Shown piece after piece: positions 38,891-53,094 of a stretch of DNA of 64,000 bases. The translations under genes and the position numbers were made by a program. The notes under the pieces were generated by a model. That model was not told the DNA's origin and did no database searches. It worked only from the letters and a program-made list of their open reading frames with translations. This stretch comes from Octopus vulgaris (Eukaryota): NCBI GenBank assembly GCA_951406725.2, contig OX597815.1:139562001-139626000 (forward strand). Direction: 5' to 3'. The stretch's first letter is position 1. Each line of letters begins with the position of its first letter.

Positions 38891-40539
38891 TGTGTAAGCG
38901 AGGTGTGTAAGCGAGGATCAAAACCTGTCTCACAAATTAGTTTGGAGTTTCAAACTTGTGCTTCTTTTCGTCGTTTAGCTAGAAAGGGAATGAGTGGACC
39001 CAGTAGCCTTTTATTCTTTTCTTATTTTTTTTTCGAGTTGGGGTCAATGATTCTGAGATTGACGGGTAGAAGGGATGAAGTTATTCTCAAACTGGAGAAT
39101 TATACCGGAATTGTTTGAAAATGGGTGTATTCCACTACAGATACCTTAGCACAAGTTGGTCGTGTTGAACCGAGCAACAGTTTAAGTCCACCGACAAAAG
39201 TAACTGCAAATAGCATGAACCGAAACGAATACCACAAAAACAGCTCATATAGCGTTTTTAACAAACCCTTTAATCCTCTTACCAGGATTGGCACCTTAAC
39301 TTATCAACGCCTAACGGCTGAACGATGATCCTGACCTCTATGGTATTTCAGTTTAATGGATTAAGTTATTTCTTATGTTATTTTGCTTGAGCAATAACAT
39401 TTCAGATACACCACACCACTTATTACACCCAATTATTATCATAAGACCCCTGTTCAGGGAGTTTTTAAATATCACGAGATATCACCATACCAACACGAAT
39501 ATATATCACTTTGCGAAAAAAGCTAGCAACGTAGTCACCCGACCAGTTAAAAATGGCAGCCAACATTCCTTCACATTACTGCCTATTAGCTGAAAAGAAG
39601 AAAAACCACATCGGATCGTGTGACGTTTAATGCTATATGCCTGTGAGACACATTGAATAAAATACTCCTACATAAAAAAGACAAAAACGAAGCAATACAA
39701 TATTTTATCAGAGGTCGGCTTGATCAAAGCTGCCCTGAGGCTAAACAGCAAGAAGAGAATAATTATTCTGAAAGAAATTTCCCAAACTAAATTTCTCTGC
39801 GTTAAATTCTATCTGTTAATAGATTTGTCCCAGCAATGGTATTTGTCGAATTGTCTAATGATATTAATATGAAAATAACAATAAGCTGGAGGGTTCATAT
39901 CATGTAAAGCAGAGTTCATATCTTTTCGAATAAAAATGGACGAGAATCAATCAATATTCGTATCAAAGTGTGGGACAACACTTACCGGTAACTTGCAAAA
40001 TATAGAGGTAACGCTTTCTTTTGAGTTTTGAAGAGCAACACTAGAAAAGCAGCCAAATGTCACTGAAGTTATGCCCCAACTTTTTCAGAGAAGAAAGATG
40101 CATTACATAAAGTGGTCGAAGTCTGGGGGGAAAAATTGATTTGCCTTAACAAGAACGTCTTTGTCCATGCTCATCCTCAATAGGGGCTGACTTAAGACTA
40201 CATGGATCTCCTCGATCAGGACTGAGCTGGGGCTAAACAACCAATGTTGCTGGGAAGTTTAATTTACAATTTAATTCTTATCTAAGGCGTGGCATAGTAA
40301 AGTTACAGATATTCAGTTTCTAATTAAATAACGCTCATTATTGAAATAAGATACAAATTAGAAACTCTTGTTTATTTAGACAAGCTACTTCAAATTTGAA
40401 GTAAAATATCATGGAATTAAATTACAACCAGATCAGATAAATATCCAGTAAGAGGTATTTAGAGATATCATTATTTGTCTGTTTATCTCCTTTTAATTAA
40501 AGGTTATAGGTTAGGCAAGTACAAATTAACAAGACAAGA

Positions 40540-41042
40540 TGAAAATCTTTTAAAACTTTATTTGAAAACAAAATAAAAAATATATATCATTACAGCTATA
40601 CACATAACATACATAGAAACATAATTAACTTTATATATATGATTATATATTCGCATATGTGGCATTATATATATATATATACGTATTTATATGCGTAAAT
40701 ATATATACATACATATGCATATACATATAGATAAATACATACATATTTATGATTAATAACATTTTTTTTCCTGAACAAGCTCAATCGAAGAGATGACTCT
40801 ATGTTTGTATAGTTCAGAATGATGGGGGTTGAGTTTCTGTAAGGGTTTGATTGTTAGGAAATAATTATAAGAAAACGTCCAAGTAAACAGGTCTCTGTTA
40901 TTGAGCTTGTTAGAATAAAGTATAAGATACAGTTAACTATAAAGACATAGGTATGTATGTGTGTGTATTTTTTATGCAAGTGTATGCATACATACATGTA
41001 TGCATGCAATAAATACATATTATGTATGTGTGTGTGTGTATA

Positions 41043-41097
<55 letters not shown>

Positions 41098-41281
41098 GAC
41101 AAACCAGCCTATATTTAGTGTGAGAGTGGAGTTTTAGGGTAGGCCCATTGAGTTCGGGGCATTTTTTATCACAATAGGACTGTTAACTATAACAAAAACC
41201 AAAAAATGTAATTAATGTTGCTAAAACTTTATAGCAATCATGGACTTTTGAGCAACCCTATATACATATATACATGCCTAC

Positions 41282-41340
<59 letters not shown>

Positions 41341-41609
41341 TATACATATATGAATATATGTATATATATATGTATATATGTGTATATGTGTATAATATGT
41401 GTATATATATATATATATATATATGTGTATATGTATGGATATACGTATATATATGTGTATGTATGTATGTATATATAAATATATATATACACACACATAT
41501 ATACAGATGTCTATACATATCTATATATATATAGATATGTATATGTGTATGTATGTATATATGAATATGCATGCCTATATATATGCGCATCTATGTATGT
41601 AATGTGGTT

Positions 41610-41666
<57 letters not shown>

Positions 41667-41797
41667 TAAAAGCAAACAGAACTAACAAATGAATAAAGAA
41701 AACAAGCCAAAAAGTGTTCAAAACCGTGTTTGCTTTTAACTACGTGTATGTCAGTGCGAGTATATGTATGTATATGTATATGTGTATGTATACATAT

Positions 41798-41880
<83 letters not shown>

Positions 41881-42328
41881 CATATATATATTTATGTATG
41901 TATGTATATATGTATGTATGTATATCAATTAATAAATAATATTTATATATATATATATATATATATACATACATACATATATAAACATAAACATATATAA
42001 TGTATATGTGTATACCTGTGCATGTGTCTGTGTGCATGCTTCCATGTGTGTGTGTGTGTGTATGTGTGTGTGTAGAACAAGCTCATTAGTCTGTGTGCAA
42101 GACACACAACACCACCAACAACAACATCCACAACAACACAACAGTACAACAATTCAACAATATTCAGCACATGAATATGAAAATACAGCAAGGTGAAATC
42201 CGTACAAGCAAATAGAGACAATAAACGGTTAATGTTATATACACACACGCAAACATACGTCACGATATTGAGATAGGTACAACATATATACATACATACA
42301 CCTACTATATATACATATATATATATCG

Positions 42329-42395
<67 letters not shown>

Positions 42396-42414
42396 TTATA
42401 TATACATGTGTATA

Positions 42415-42476
<62 letters not shown>

Positions 42477-43603
42477 GTATTTGCTCTGTTGTTTGATGCT
42501 TTGATGCGATGGTATGAATCCATATCAGTTTCTTCAGATCTCTTGGCAGATACCAAATTTTCTTTTCTTAATTTCTTATTTTTGTTTGTTTGTTTTGTTT
42601 TGTTTTGTTCTTTTTTTAATATATATATAATTGAACCAGCTTCGGCAGTCTAACAGGTCACAGCAGCACCAGGTATTAAGCCCAGCGTCGTCCTTATTTT
42701 AAATCCATATTTAATGTATTCAAAAATGGATCGTTCTCGAAGTTGTACACTGTCAATCCTTTTTTTTTTTTTTTCTTCTTCGGTTTGCATAAATTGTCGG
42801 TTTGCATAAATTTACATCCACCCTCCAAACATACGCTCTAACACAACTCAACTCTCCACATAATGATACATAATCGTGCCCGTCAGGACCGACACTCAGC
42901 GACGTCCTTAGATCACGTTCCATTTTGTGTAAGTATTATAGAAGTCTGATTGATATTGCAAGAGTGGAAAATATTCAAATAGATAACACTCTGCAAAAAA
43001 AAATTGGCTTCTTTTCTTCAAATGTTCTTTGTAATGAGCAATGAAACGGTAGAAGTTATAAACTAGTATTTATTAGAGATAACTTATTTCCGTAGAATGG
43101 TACCATGACTAGAAAAATAAACAGATTTCCGTAGTTATATCCTGGTTTTAATAGGTTTGAAGTAGTTCAGATCACTGGGTAATTATGCGTGTGTCTGATA
43201 GGAGCAATGTGCGAGCAGAGAAAACTTCAGTGTTAGCCTTATATATATTTGATATATACAATATCATGTATATGTGTGTATATATAACTATGTATGTAAT
43301 ATGTATGTAATATGTATATATATATATATACATATATATATGTAGATATATGTGTATATATGTGTGTATACACAATTATATATGATCTATATATGATATG
43401 TATAATATTATGTCTATGTGTGTATTTATAATTATAATATATATACGAAGGGCGTAGGCTCGAAATGTAAAAGACAGTTTCCCCGAGCATTAAACTAATA
43501 CACCTGCTTGTTGTTTCTACAACTGTCTTCGTCTTTTGTTTTGTGTTTTGTTTTCTGTAAATTTGAACTATACATATATATGTGTGTGTGTGTGTGTGTG
43601 TAA

Positions 43604-43645
<42 letters not shown>

Positions 43646-43652
43646 ATGCATG

Positions 43653-43707
<55 letters not shown>

Positions 43708-44179
43708 GTATACTTATAATTATAAATATAAACATATATAAGTATATATATACATATATACATATATATATATACATATATGCATATATATATATATATA
43801 TATGAATATATATATATGTGTGTTTATGTATACATATATGTGTGTGCGTGTGTTGGGGTGGGGTGCCATCACCACAACATTTGAAAGAGATAGACTATGG
43901 GAAATCATTATACTTGCATATTTCATATAGGAAAGCTGTCGGTTGGTTTTCTGAAGGAAAGCCGGTTTAGACATTTTCATCACACGAAAGCTTGCAGACA
44001 AAAGGACATTACAACTTAACGGCGGAATTCCACCTGATAAACTGTTTTAATTCACTTCGTCCTTTCTTTCTCTTACTTGTAGCCTATTTGTTGTTTTTCC
44101 ATCCTATAAGTATGCCATTTGTCGTATCGAAATGTCAGCTGTAGACAGTTCAGATAAGCTGTATATATTACTTAACTAG

Positions 44180-44235
<56 letters not shown>

Positions 44236-44553
44236 ATACACGCACACGGATGTGTGTGTGAGACTTTGATTCTCATATTCCATTTGTCAATTTATCTCCC
44301 ATTTATTACTTCTTTATATCGCAATTTCTCTGTTTTAGTAATCTCTCCCTCTCTTTCTCACTCTCTCTTTCTCACTCTCTCTTTCTCACTCTCTCTTTCT
44401 CTCTCTTTCTCTCTCTCTCTCTTTCTCTCTCTTTCTCTTTCACTCCCCCCTATTCTTCTCACACTTGTTCTTTGTATACGTGGGATCACCATATCATCAT
44501 CATATACACAAAACATTCAAACACACACAGATACATTACCATATGATTACAAG

Positions 44554-44627
<74 letters not shown>

Positions 44628-44837
44628 TGTGTGTGTGTGTTTGTGTGTCTGTATGTTTGAGCGCATAATTTATTTCTCTGAAAGTACATATTGTTACGTA
44701 ATATATTCGTGTGCATATGTGTACAAAGGCGTGTTTTGTTTATAGATCTCCAGTATGTCTTCTCTACTTTGTAGTGTAGTCCATTTATACGGTTCCAGAT
44801 CTTTGTGAATATGTCTGATTCTTTTGGTAAGTGCTGC
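40540..44837 (-). other. Candidate terminal exon (short coding end + ~4-kb 3'UTR) of an unidentified host gene
   Basis: Strong acceptor CTTTCTCTTTCCAG at 44838-44851 (-); AATAAA at 40557-40562 (-) with a downstream GT-rich tract; no recognisable SINE or DNA transposon in between. Confidence 0.3.
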
Positions 44838-46476
44838 CTGGAAAGAGAAAGTTTAGAAAAAAATCATAAGATATAGGTATATATATATACATAAAAAAAT
44901 AAGTAAATATATTTACTCAGGGACTGGAATTTATGGTATTATCTTTAATTCTTTAGTTACTATTGTTTCCATACAACATGAAATATGCATTTCATGAATA
45001 TAAATATGAATATGAATATAATGAATTCATAATATCATAACAATATATCCTTTTTCTCAATGTAAACCATGTGCATTTTTTCCGACTAAGTCCCAAACAG
45101 TAATACATTTAACACTTGGAATATGTTGGTATTCATGGATTTTTACAGTTCAGCAGGAAAAGAGAGAGAGGAGAGAGGTAGATGGATATATATATATATA
45201 TATAGTATGTAGTATATATAGAAAGAGAGAGATAGAGAGAGAGAGAATAAACCATATAGTTGGTAACACATATGCACACACATTCAGTTACATTTATGAA
45301 TATATTTGCTGCATCTGTCTGTTAAAAAACAGTTATCAATTTGGTTAGTTTTGTTTTCAGTTACAGAGATTCGTATTTCTTTCGGTTTTTGTGAATATAT
45401 TCACATTTTATAGAAGATTTTTTTTAATATTGTTCTGAAAGGGAAAATTCATATTAAAATTGCAAGATATGTAAGCTAGAAATATTAGAGATATACTTCG
45501 CCCAGACAAGTGATTTGATCTGAGATCATGTGTTGAAACTAAAATGATTACAGCCTGAACACATATTAGCCTTTCAAACATACACTAAAACTCAAATCTT
45601 TATCAAACTTCACTTAGACGTTCATTATTTGGTGTCTTCGCCACAACTGTGATTTGATCACTGACATGATTCCACTAAATGCAATCACAGAGAATTAAAT
45701 ACAAGTTAATGAATGATGAAAGGCTGTATAAACAACAAGAGACATTTCGGAGCCAATAATATTTAGATATCGTACGCAGTTAGAATACACACTATAATGT
45801 TTAAGATTTTAAAGTAGCCGCTTAAATAATTGTCTGTTTTATAAGTATGTTGTATTTCAGTTAGATATACCTGATTTTTATTTACATGAGACATATCTTT
45901 GTTTCATTTAATATTAATATGGATATCAATGCAGTAACTGATGATAGATGCACTAGCTGGAAGAAAACCTGTCCAAATTAATCTCTAACATCCATTTGAC
46001 AATAAGAGATATGTTCGCTATTTGAACAGCAAGCCGCAATGTCAACACTTATTCCTTAAATTCTAAATAGCAAGCTTGATCCTAAGATTTCAAGATTTCT
46101 CTTTGATAGATTGTAAAGTCTTCCTTTGAGAGAATAATCAGGATTAGACAATGGTAATATATCACGCCAAACTTTAGATGCTTCTTGCCTTCTGTACATT
46201 TACGTGGAGGGTGATACTCAGAGTGTATGCATGTGTGTGTGTGTGTATGTGTCTGTGTGTGTGTGTGTGTTTAAATGTGTGCGTTAGTTGAGTGGCAATA
46301 TAGCTGACACCGTATTTTCTTCAGTATAGTTGCATCATGTCTATATATGTGTGCATGAGTCTAGGTGCCAATGTATTTGTACGTATGTATATATGTATGT
46401 GAGTGCTCGGGTGTGCTTAGTTAATTTATCGGTTCAAATCTCCTGCTACTTGTGTGTTAGCGAAAGAGAAAGAGAG

Positions 46477-46519
<43 letters not shown>

Positions 46520-46654
46520 GAGAGAGAGAAAAGGAGAATCTGCTATGTTGTTGTACAGGGGTATTTCGCTATGTTCGTTCAGATGTGGGTGAAAAGTGAT
46601 GAGTGATTGAAAGTGTGCATATACGTAGTTACGTTTGTATATGTGTGCGCATGC

Positions 46655-46692
<38 letters not shown>

Positions 46693-46712
46693 GTGTATAT
46701 ATATATATACAC

Positions 46713-46799
<87 letters not shown>

Positions 46800-47201
46800 T
46801 ATACATATATACATATACACATGCCTCACATCTGCTGCGGTATGAGCAGTTTAAAAATATCTTGTAAAATACAATACAATTGTGAGTAGGCTTTTAAAGT
46901 ACTTTGGTTTCTTAGACAATAAAGAAAAACAAAAACAAAAAAAAACTTGAAATACTTGCTCAAAGAAGCAAAGATTATAAGAAGGCTTTTAGAATAAATA
47001 GTTGGCGGAAAAACAAGATAACTTTCTCAGTAACGATTTATAATGCAACAGAATGCGTGTGTTGAGAAAATAAGCCTCTCTGCGTAACGAACTTGATAAA
47101 CCTACAAGGAATTGCAGCTTCCAGAGTTGAACAGTAACTTCTTACCATTTAATGATTCCGTTGAAAGATGGTTAATAACTTTGAGAATTACAAACGATTA
47201 T

Positions 47202-47244
<43 letters not shown>

Positions 47245-47729
47245 GCACGCACGCACGCATTCACACATACGCACACATGCATACATACATTCGTACATGC
47301 ATACAGACACTCGCACGCATTTGTCTGTCAGTGTATGTGTGTGTATATATATATATATATGTCTGTGTGTATGAGTGTGTGTGCGTGCATATGAAAATAT
47401 ATATGTATTTATGTATGTGTGTTTGTATACATATATATATATCTATATATATATGTACGTGTGTATGTATATATATGTGTGTGTGTGTGTGTGTGTATGT
47501 ATATATGTGCGTGTGAGTGTATATATATATATATATTTGTGTGTGTGTGTATATATGCATGTATGTATGTAAATGTATATGTATATATAAACAAACACAT
47601 ACGCGTACATGTTATATTGAAATAATTTGTTATTATTGAGGATATTTGGACCAACATAGGATGGTGGTGAGTTCCAAGCAAACTGAATCGGATATCCATG
47701 TTTAGCCTCTTGTGGGCAATAAAGAAATA

Positions 47730-47930
47730 AGAAACGTTAGCTCGCCGGGTGAAATGCTTAGCAGTATTTCGTCTGTCTTTACGTTCTGAGTTCAAATTCC
47801 GCCGAGATCGACTTTGCCTTTCATTCTTTCGGAGTCGATAAATTAAGTACCAGTTGCATACTGAGGTCGATCTAATCGATTGGACCCCTCCCCAAAACTT
47901 TCAGGCCATATGGCTAGAGTAAAAAAGAAT
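47730..47930 (+). mobile_element. SINE family B, 5'-truncated
   Basis: GAAACGTTAGCTCGCCGGGTGAAATGCTTAGCAG...GCCTTTCATTCTTTCGGAGTCGATAAATTAAGTACCAG. Confidence 0.85.
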
Positions 47931-49251
47931 ATCTATTACATCTAAGATAGTTTCCTCCGCATTCGTTCTTTTCATCTATCATGTGTGTCTGTTTATATGT
48001 AAATGTGTGTGTGTGTATGCATGCATATATATTTATACACACTCATGACATAGAAAACAGCAGTTTGTTCCTGCAAGCCAGCATACAGTGGGTCAACACA
48101 CCGTGAGTTACAGTTCATATTCGTGGATGGAACAAACTCTTGGTTTGGTGGAAGGTAACTTGGTAGTGGACTATGGAAAACCATAAAAGCTAAGGGGCAA
48201 GTCTGGAAAGAGTCGAGGAAAGACAGAGAGCGAGGATTAGTATTAGGTTGCTAGATGTGATAAGCGTCAGAGATATCTAGCGAAGAGTGAGAGACGAAGC
48301 CGAAAGTAAGAAATTTTCTTATGCATGCCGTAAGTATCTGGGACATGAGGTATTCCGGAGTGTGAAGTAATGCGTCAAGATAAAACAAGACATCGATGGC
48401 TTCCTCCCTCTCAGCCATGCTGCGACAAGGACGTGGAACCGCTACTAGTGCCTGATAAAGAGAATATATGGGGAAAGAGGGATTAATCCAAGTAAATCCA
48501 ACAGTGAGGCCAACACGTGTGACTGTTTATGGAAGAAAGAGCCATTAAGAATATGAAGGTAGGAAAAGTAGTTAGGCCAAAAGAGACAGTTGCCGAGGAG
48601 CTTGTATTATTCGGTCAAGTAGAGGATGCACAGGTAACTCGCTTAGTAAATCAGGTTATCCAGAAAAGTGTCACCCCTGCCCTCCAATAACTGGCATAGT
48701 AGTGATATCTTCAACCCTGGGCGGACAAAAAGTTATGTTTTGGCAAGAAATAACTACAGAGGCATTAAACTAATGAACCATGTCATAAAAGTAGCAGAGA
48801 ATGTTATAACAGATGTTTAAATGAAATACAAATTTGTATTGTGATAAATGAGGAACCATGAATACTTTTTCTAAGAGAAGAAGCAACAGGAGAATTTCTG
48901 AGCCAAGCACAAACCATTACGCCTAGCATTTGTTGGCTCGGGAAGCCTTCAGATACGATACGGGAAATGAATTCTGGCAGTCTTTAAGAAAACTGAGTTT
49001 AGAAGAATCGCTTCGGGAAGCTGAGTAAGCTGTATACATAGAAGATATTAGTTAAATTAGATTTGCAACGAAATGAGTTCAGTAATTTAGCATGCAAATA
49101 CTTATCATAAGAGAAGCTCTCACCTCACTCTCTTTATGATAATTTTCCAGGTCATAACAGAGGAACTCGAGGCTCGTTGCTCGTGAGAACTCTTGTATGA
49201 GACAAGTTAGCTCTCTAGTTCTATATTTAAGAGATGAGGAATTATGTACAT

Positions 49252-49494
49252 TATTTACATTATTTATATTTGACGAATATTTGTCCTCATCTTGTTAGTT
49301 GTTAACACAAAATTTCGGCTGATATACCCTCCAGCCTTCATCAAGTGTCTTGATATACCCTCCAGCTTTCATCAAGTGTTGTCGAAATTTCCCCAAGACA
49401 CCTGATGAAGGCTGGAGGGTATATCAGCCGAAATGTTGTGTTAACAACAAACAAGATGAGGACAAATATCCGTCAAATGTAAATAATGTAAATA
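49252..49494. mobile_element. ~100-bp inverted repeat carrying an HHR in each arm (49304-49349 minus, 49397-49442 plus)
   Basis: GACAC-CUGAUGA-A-GGCUG(gaggguauau)CAGCC-GAAAUGUU-GUGUU on plus; the minus-strand copy is more decayed; spacer holds a ~29-nt duplication. Confidence 0.8.
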
Positions 49495-49769
49495 GTGAAC
49501 CAAATCAGTTCTAAACGTGGAAACAAAGACTATCAATAGCGAAATAACAATTCTTGGTCTGAGAATACGGAGTAAATAGGAACTGTATAAGTAAAGTAAA
49601 CAATGGAGGTACAATATAGCTACCATAGCATATTAAATATACTAACAGAAAAGGAATTCATATATAATAAATGCACAGGAGCACTTAGCAATAAGAATAA
49701 ACAAGAAATGAAATGTTTGAACGAAGTAGTGGATAGTTGTTTTTATCTATGAGGCTTAAACAACAGTGG

Positions 49770-50070
49770 CGATGAAGGTTGGGAAAAATTAGTTTCTCGC
49801 AAGCAATTTAAGGAGTTTCTACCTCGGTTGACAATAAAACGCTTGCCTCCTTGAGTAAAGGGTAGGACTGCATGACGCTTGTATTACGAAGTACGATATT
49901 AGTAGTGAAATATAGGCGCTGAACGTGAAGGACATACAAAGACAGGAAAGAAATGAGGCGAGTACAATCCGCAGAGTGTGCAATGTTAGTAAGCATGACC
50001 ATTAGAGCACAAGTATGCTGAAGGTAAAAACCAAACATCAGAGGTGTTTCCTTGATGCACTGAGAGAAGA
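49770..50070 (+). mobile_element. RTE-clade LINE fragment, decayed
   Basis: KEFLPRLT...VKGR...DACI...SEI*ALNVKDIQRQERNEASTIRRVCNVS matches the RTE region downstream of the RT core. Confidence 0.65.
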
Positions 50071-50127
50071 TTTTGGTAGTAATCTTTATCTGCTTTTGTC
50101 TTATTGTTTACTCGTTTCAGTTGTGAA

Positions 50128-50450
50128 GGCGCGTGGCTTAGTGGTTAGGGGCATTCATTCGGTTCATGATCGTATGGTCGTGATTTCAAATACCCGGCGG
50201 CGCGTTGTGTCCTTGAGCAAGACACTTTATTTCACGTTGCTCCAGTCCACTCAGCTGGCAAAAATGAGTAGTACTTGTATTTCAAAGGGCCAGCCTTGTC
50301 ACATTCTCTGTCACGCTGAATCTCCCCGAGAACTACGTTAAGGGTACACGTGTTTGTGGAGTGTTCAGCCACTGGCATGTTAATTTCACGAGCAAGCTGT
50401 TCCGTTGATCGTATCAGCTGGGACCGTCATTGTCGTAACCGATGGAGTGC
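50128..50450 (+). mobile_element. tRNA-derived SINE, family C
   Basis: GGCGCGTGGCTTAGTGGTTAGGG...GTCCTTGAGCAAGACACTTTATTTCACGTTGCTCCAGTCCACTCAGCTG, shared with 35363. Confidence 0.85.
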
Positions 50451-50479
50451 TCCTTGTTTCGGTTATTACCTGCTGGGAG

Positions 50480-50770
50480 ACCGTCTTGAAAGATTTAGTC
50501 GAGCAGATCAACCCCAGTATTTAATATTTTAAGTTTGGTACTTATTCTATCGGACTCTTTTGCCGAAACCACTAAGTTACGAGTACGTAAACACACTACC
50601 GCTTAACAACCGGTGGTTGAGGACAAAGACAAACACGCACACATAGATGTATCCATATTTATACGAGGGGCTTCTTTCAGTTACTGTCTATCATATCCAC
50701 TCACAAGTCTTTCGTCGTCTGGGGGCTATAGTAGAAGATACGGTCGGGAAGCAAGTTTCTTACTATCTAG
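50480..50770 (-). mobile_element. SINE family A fragment
   Basis: TAGTCGAGCAGATCAACCCCAG...GTACTTATTCTATCGG...GGCTTCTTTCAGTT matches 3000-3260. Confidence 0.8.
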
Positions 50771-51012
50771 CCAGATGAATGAAAATAATCAAGCGCTGTA
50801 TGTAGGACACTGCATGAGTTGAAAGTAGAAGGATGTGTGAGTATATATAGGTGATGAGGGATCAATTCAAAATGCCGATCCCGCGAAGATGAAGGGCCGG
50901 GCAACAAGTGGAGGGACGCGGTATTGAAACAGAGACGACCAGTCTATATCAGCGTGGAGAAAAGAATGAAAACTTGATACTCATGTGTATATGTATATAT
51001 TCTAACAGTGTG

Positions 51013-51054
<42 letters not shown>

Positions 51055-51129
51055 AAAGAGAGAGAAAGAAAGAAATATTACTGTGTGTGTGCGTGTGTGT
51101 GTGTGCGAGAAAGAGAGAGAAAGAAAGAA

Positions 51130-51184
<55 letters not shown>

Positions 51185-51552
51185 TGTGTCTTTAAGGAAA
51201 GATATGTTATCTCTGGACTTACTTAAGTTAGAGAGCCGAAATCATTTATCAATAATTACTAAAGAAAGTAACGGCAAAACAGAGATTCTATCAATTTATA
51301 TTGATATTCAGTACTCAGATGACCTCTATTCTACATCTCATAATTTCGTCGACATATAGTTTGCAAGGAAAATTAAACTAATTCCAAGACATAAGAAATG
51401 CAGCTGAAATATATCGATACTTTCTCTCACACACTTTCGTACACACAAAGACGTACATAAGTATCTGTGCAGATATATATATATATATATATATAATACA
51501 TCAATATATAATTATATACATATACATACACTTACTTTTTCATATAAATAAT

Positions 51553-51604
<52 letters not shown>

Positions 51605-52409
51605 CATACATGTGTGTATGTATGCATATATATACATATATATACATGTATATATGTAATTTTAAACATATATATATAATTTTATTTATATATATATATA
51701 TTTATATATATAAAAATTATATATATATATATATGTATAAAATTATATGAATATATGTATATGTAAGTATATGTAAATATCTTTGTGTGTGTGTATGTGC
51801 ATATATATATATATATATATAAAGTTACACATATATAAAATTATATATATATATATACAGAAAGAGTGCGGTAGTGGGGTATGACTAACAAAAAGAATAG
51901 CTACTAGTAAAAATATATTTAAGTCATGACCACATATACAGAGATATATCACTTTTTGGTTTCATTTGTTAACTTTTCTGTTAATATAGAGCCAAGTATG
52001 TTTCAGGCTATGTTAAGGAATAGGAACAAGGTGTATATCAAACGTACAGCAACTTCTTTGATCATTTCAGAGTAAATATATCCATTAAAATCAGTTACTT
52101 TTCTCATGACGAACTGTAGAGTCTCCACCGAGCGCCTACGGTACATTAAAAGTCAGAAATCACGTTTTTTTTTTCGTTTTTTCATTCGGCTATTTTCTGG
52201 TAACATACACATGTTCACGAAACAGATATACATATACACATGCCTCCTATTTGTGTGTGTGTAAGCGTGTATGTTTGTGTGTATGTATGTGTGTGTATAT
52301 ACACGCATGTACGTATATACATTCATACACAGAAATGCACATACACATACACACACGTACGAGCACACATAATGTAAGTCTTGATATCTGTGTTGTGTGA
52401 AAGCACACG

Positions 52410-52447
<38 letters not shown>

Positions 52448-52567
52448 CATATATATATACATAGTACATACATACATACATACATACATACATACATACA
52501 TACATACATACATACATACATACATACATGCATACATACATACATAAATACACACATACATACATAC

Positions 52568-53003
52568 AGGACTCCACTTTACGTTGGGAAATAGATTTTA
52601 CTATGAAGTATAGTAACTACTTAGATCTCATTCGGAGATTTAAAACTAGCTGTTTTACTCATTACGAGATCAGTAACTGTCTGTCACTTACATATTTATA
52701 TACTGTGAGTAGTGTCGAGTAAGCTGCTGCCTCTGACCGACGGTTGGCCAGCACCGAGGACGGGAAATTATCCCAAAACCATTGGTCTGTTGGTACTGCT
52801 AGTGAATAGGAGGGAGTAGTACGCTCACAGTATATTTCAGACACAGAATAACCATCTGGAAAAGATGTTTTCTTGTGGTTAAATGGTAGTAACATGGTCT
52901 TACGCAGGCCTGCCACCTTACGCTGGCAAATAGATTTTATTATGAAGTATCATTACTACTTAGATCTCATTCAGAGATTTAAAACTGGCTGTTTTACTCA
53001 TTA
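52568..53003 (+). mobile_element. Retrozyme-like HHR element, 339-nt unit plus ~97-nt direct repeat
   Basis: 52568-52664 is repeated at 52906-53003; internal HHR; flanked by (CATA)n and (TA)n. Confidence 0.7.
52748..52793 (+). ncRNA. Type I HHR motif (U4C and G12A substitutions)
   Basis: CCAGCA-CCGAGGA-C-GGGA(aauua)UCCC-AAA-ACCA(u)UGGU-C-UGUUGG; all three stems pair and the triplet is GUC. Confidence 0.65.
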
Positions 53004-53094
53004 TATATATATGTATGTATATATGTATATGTGTGTGTGTGTGTGTATACGTATATATATATATACATACATATACATATATACATATACATAC

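Noticed and set aside
44746-44826. Plus-strand 81-bp segment with good acceptor and GTAAGT donor
   Set aside because: Stop codons in all three frames.
48075-48750. Purine-rich, higher-GC stretch with a KYLG-like word
   Set aside because: Probably an old LINE remnant, but no ordered motifs could be established.
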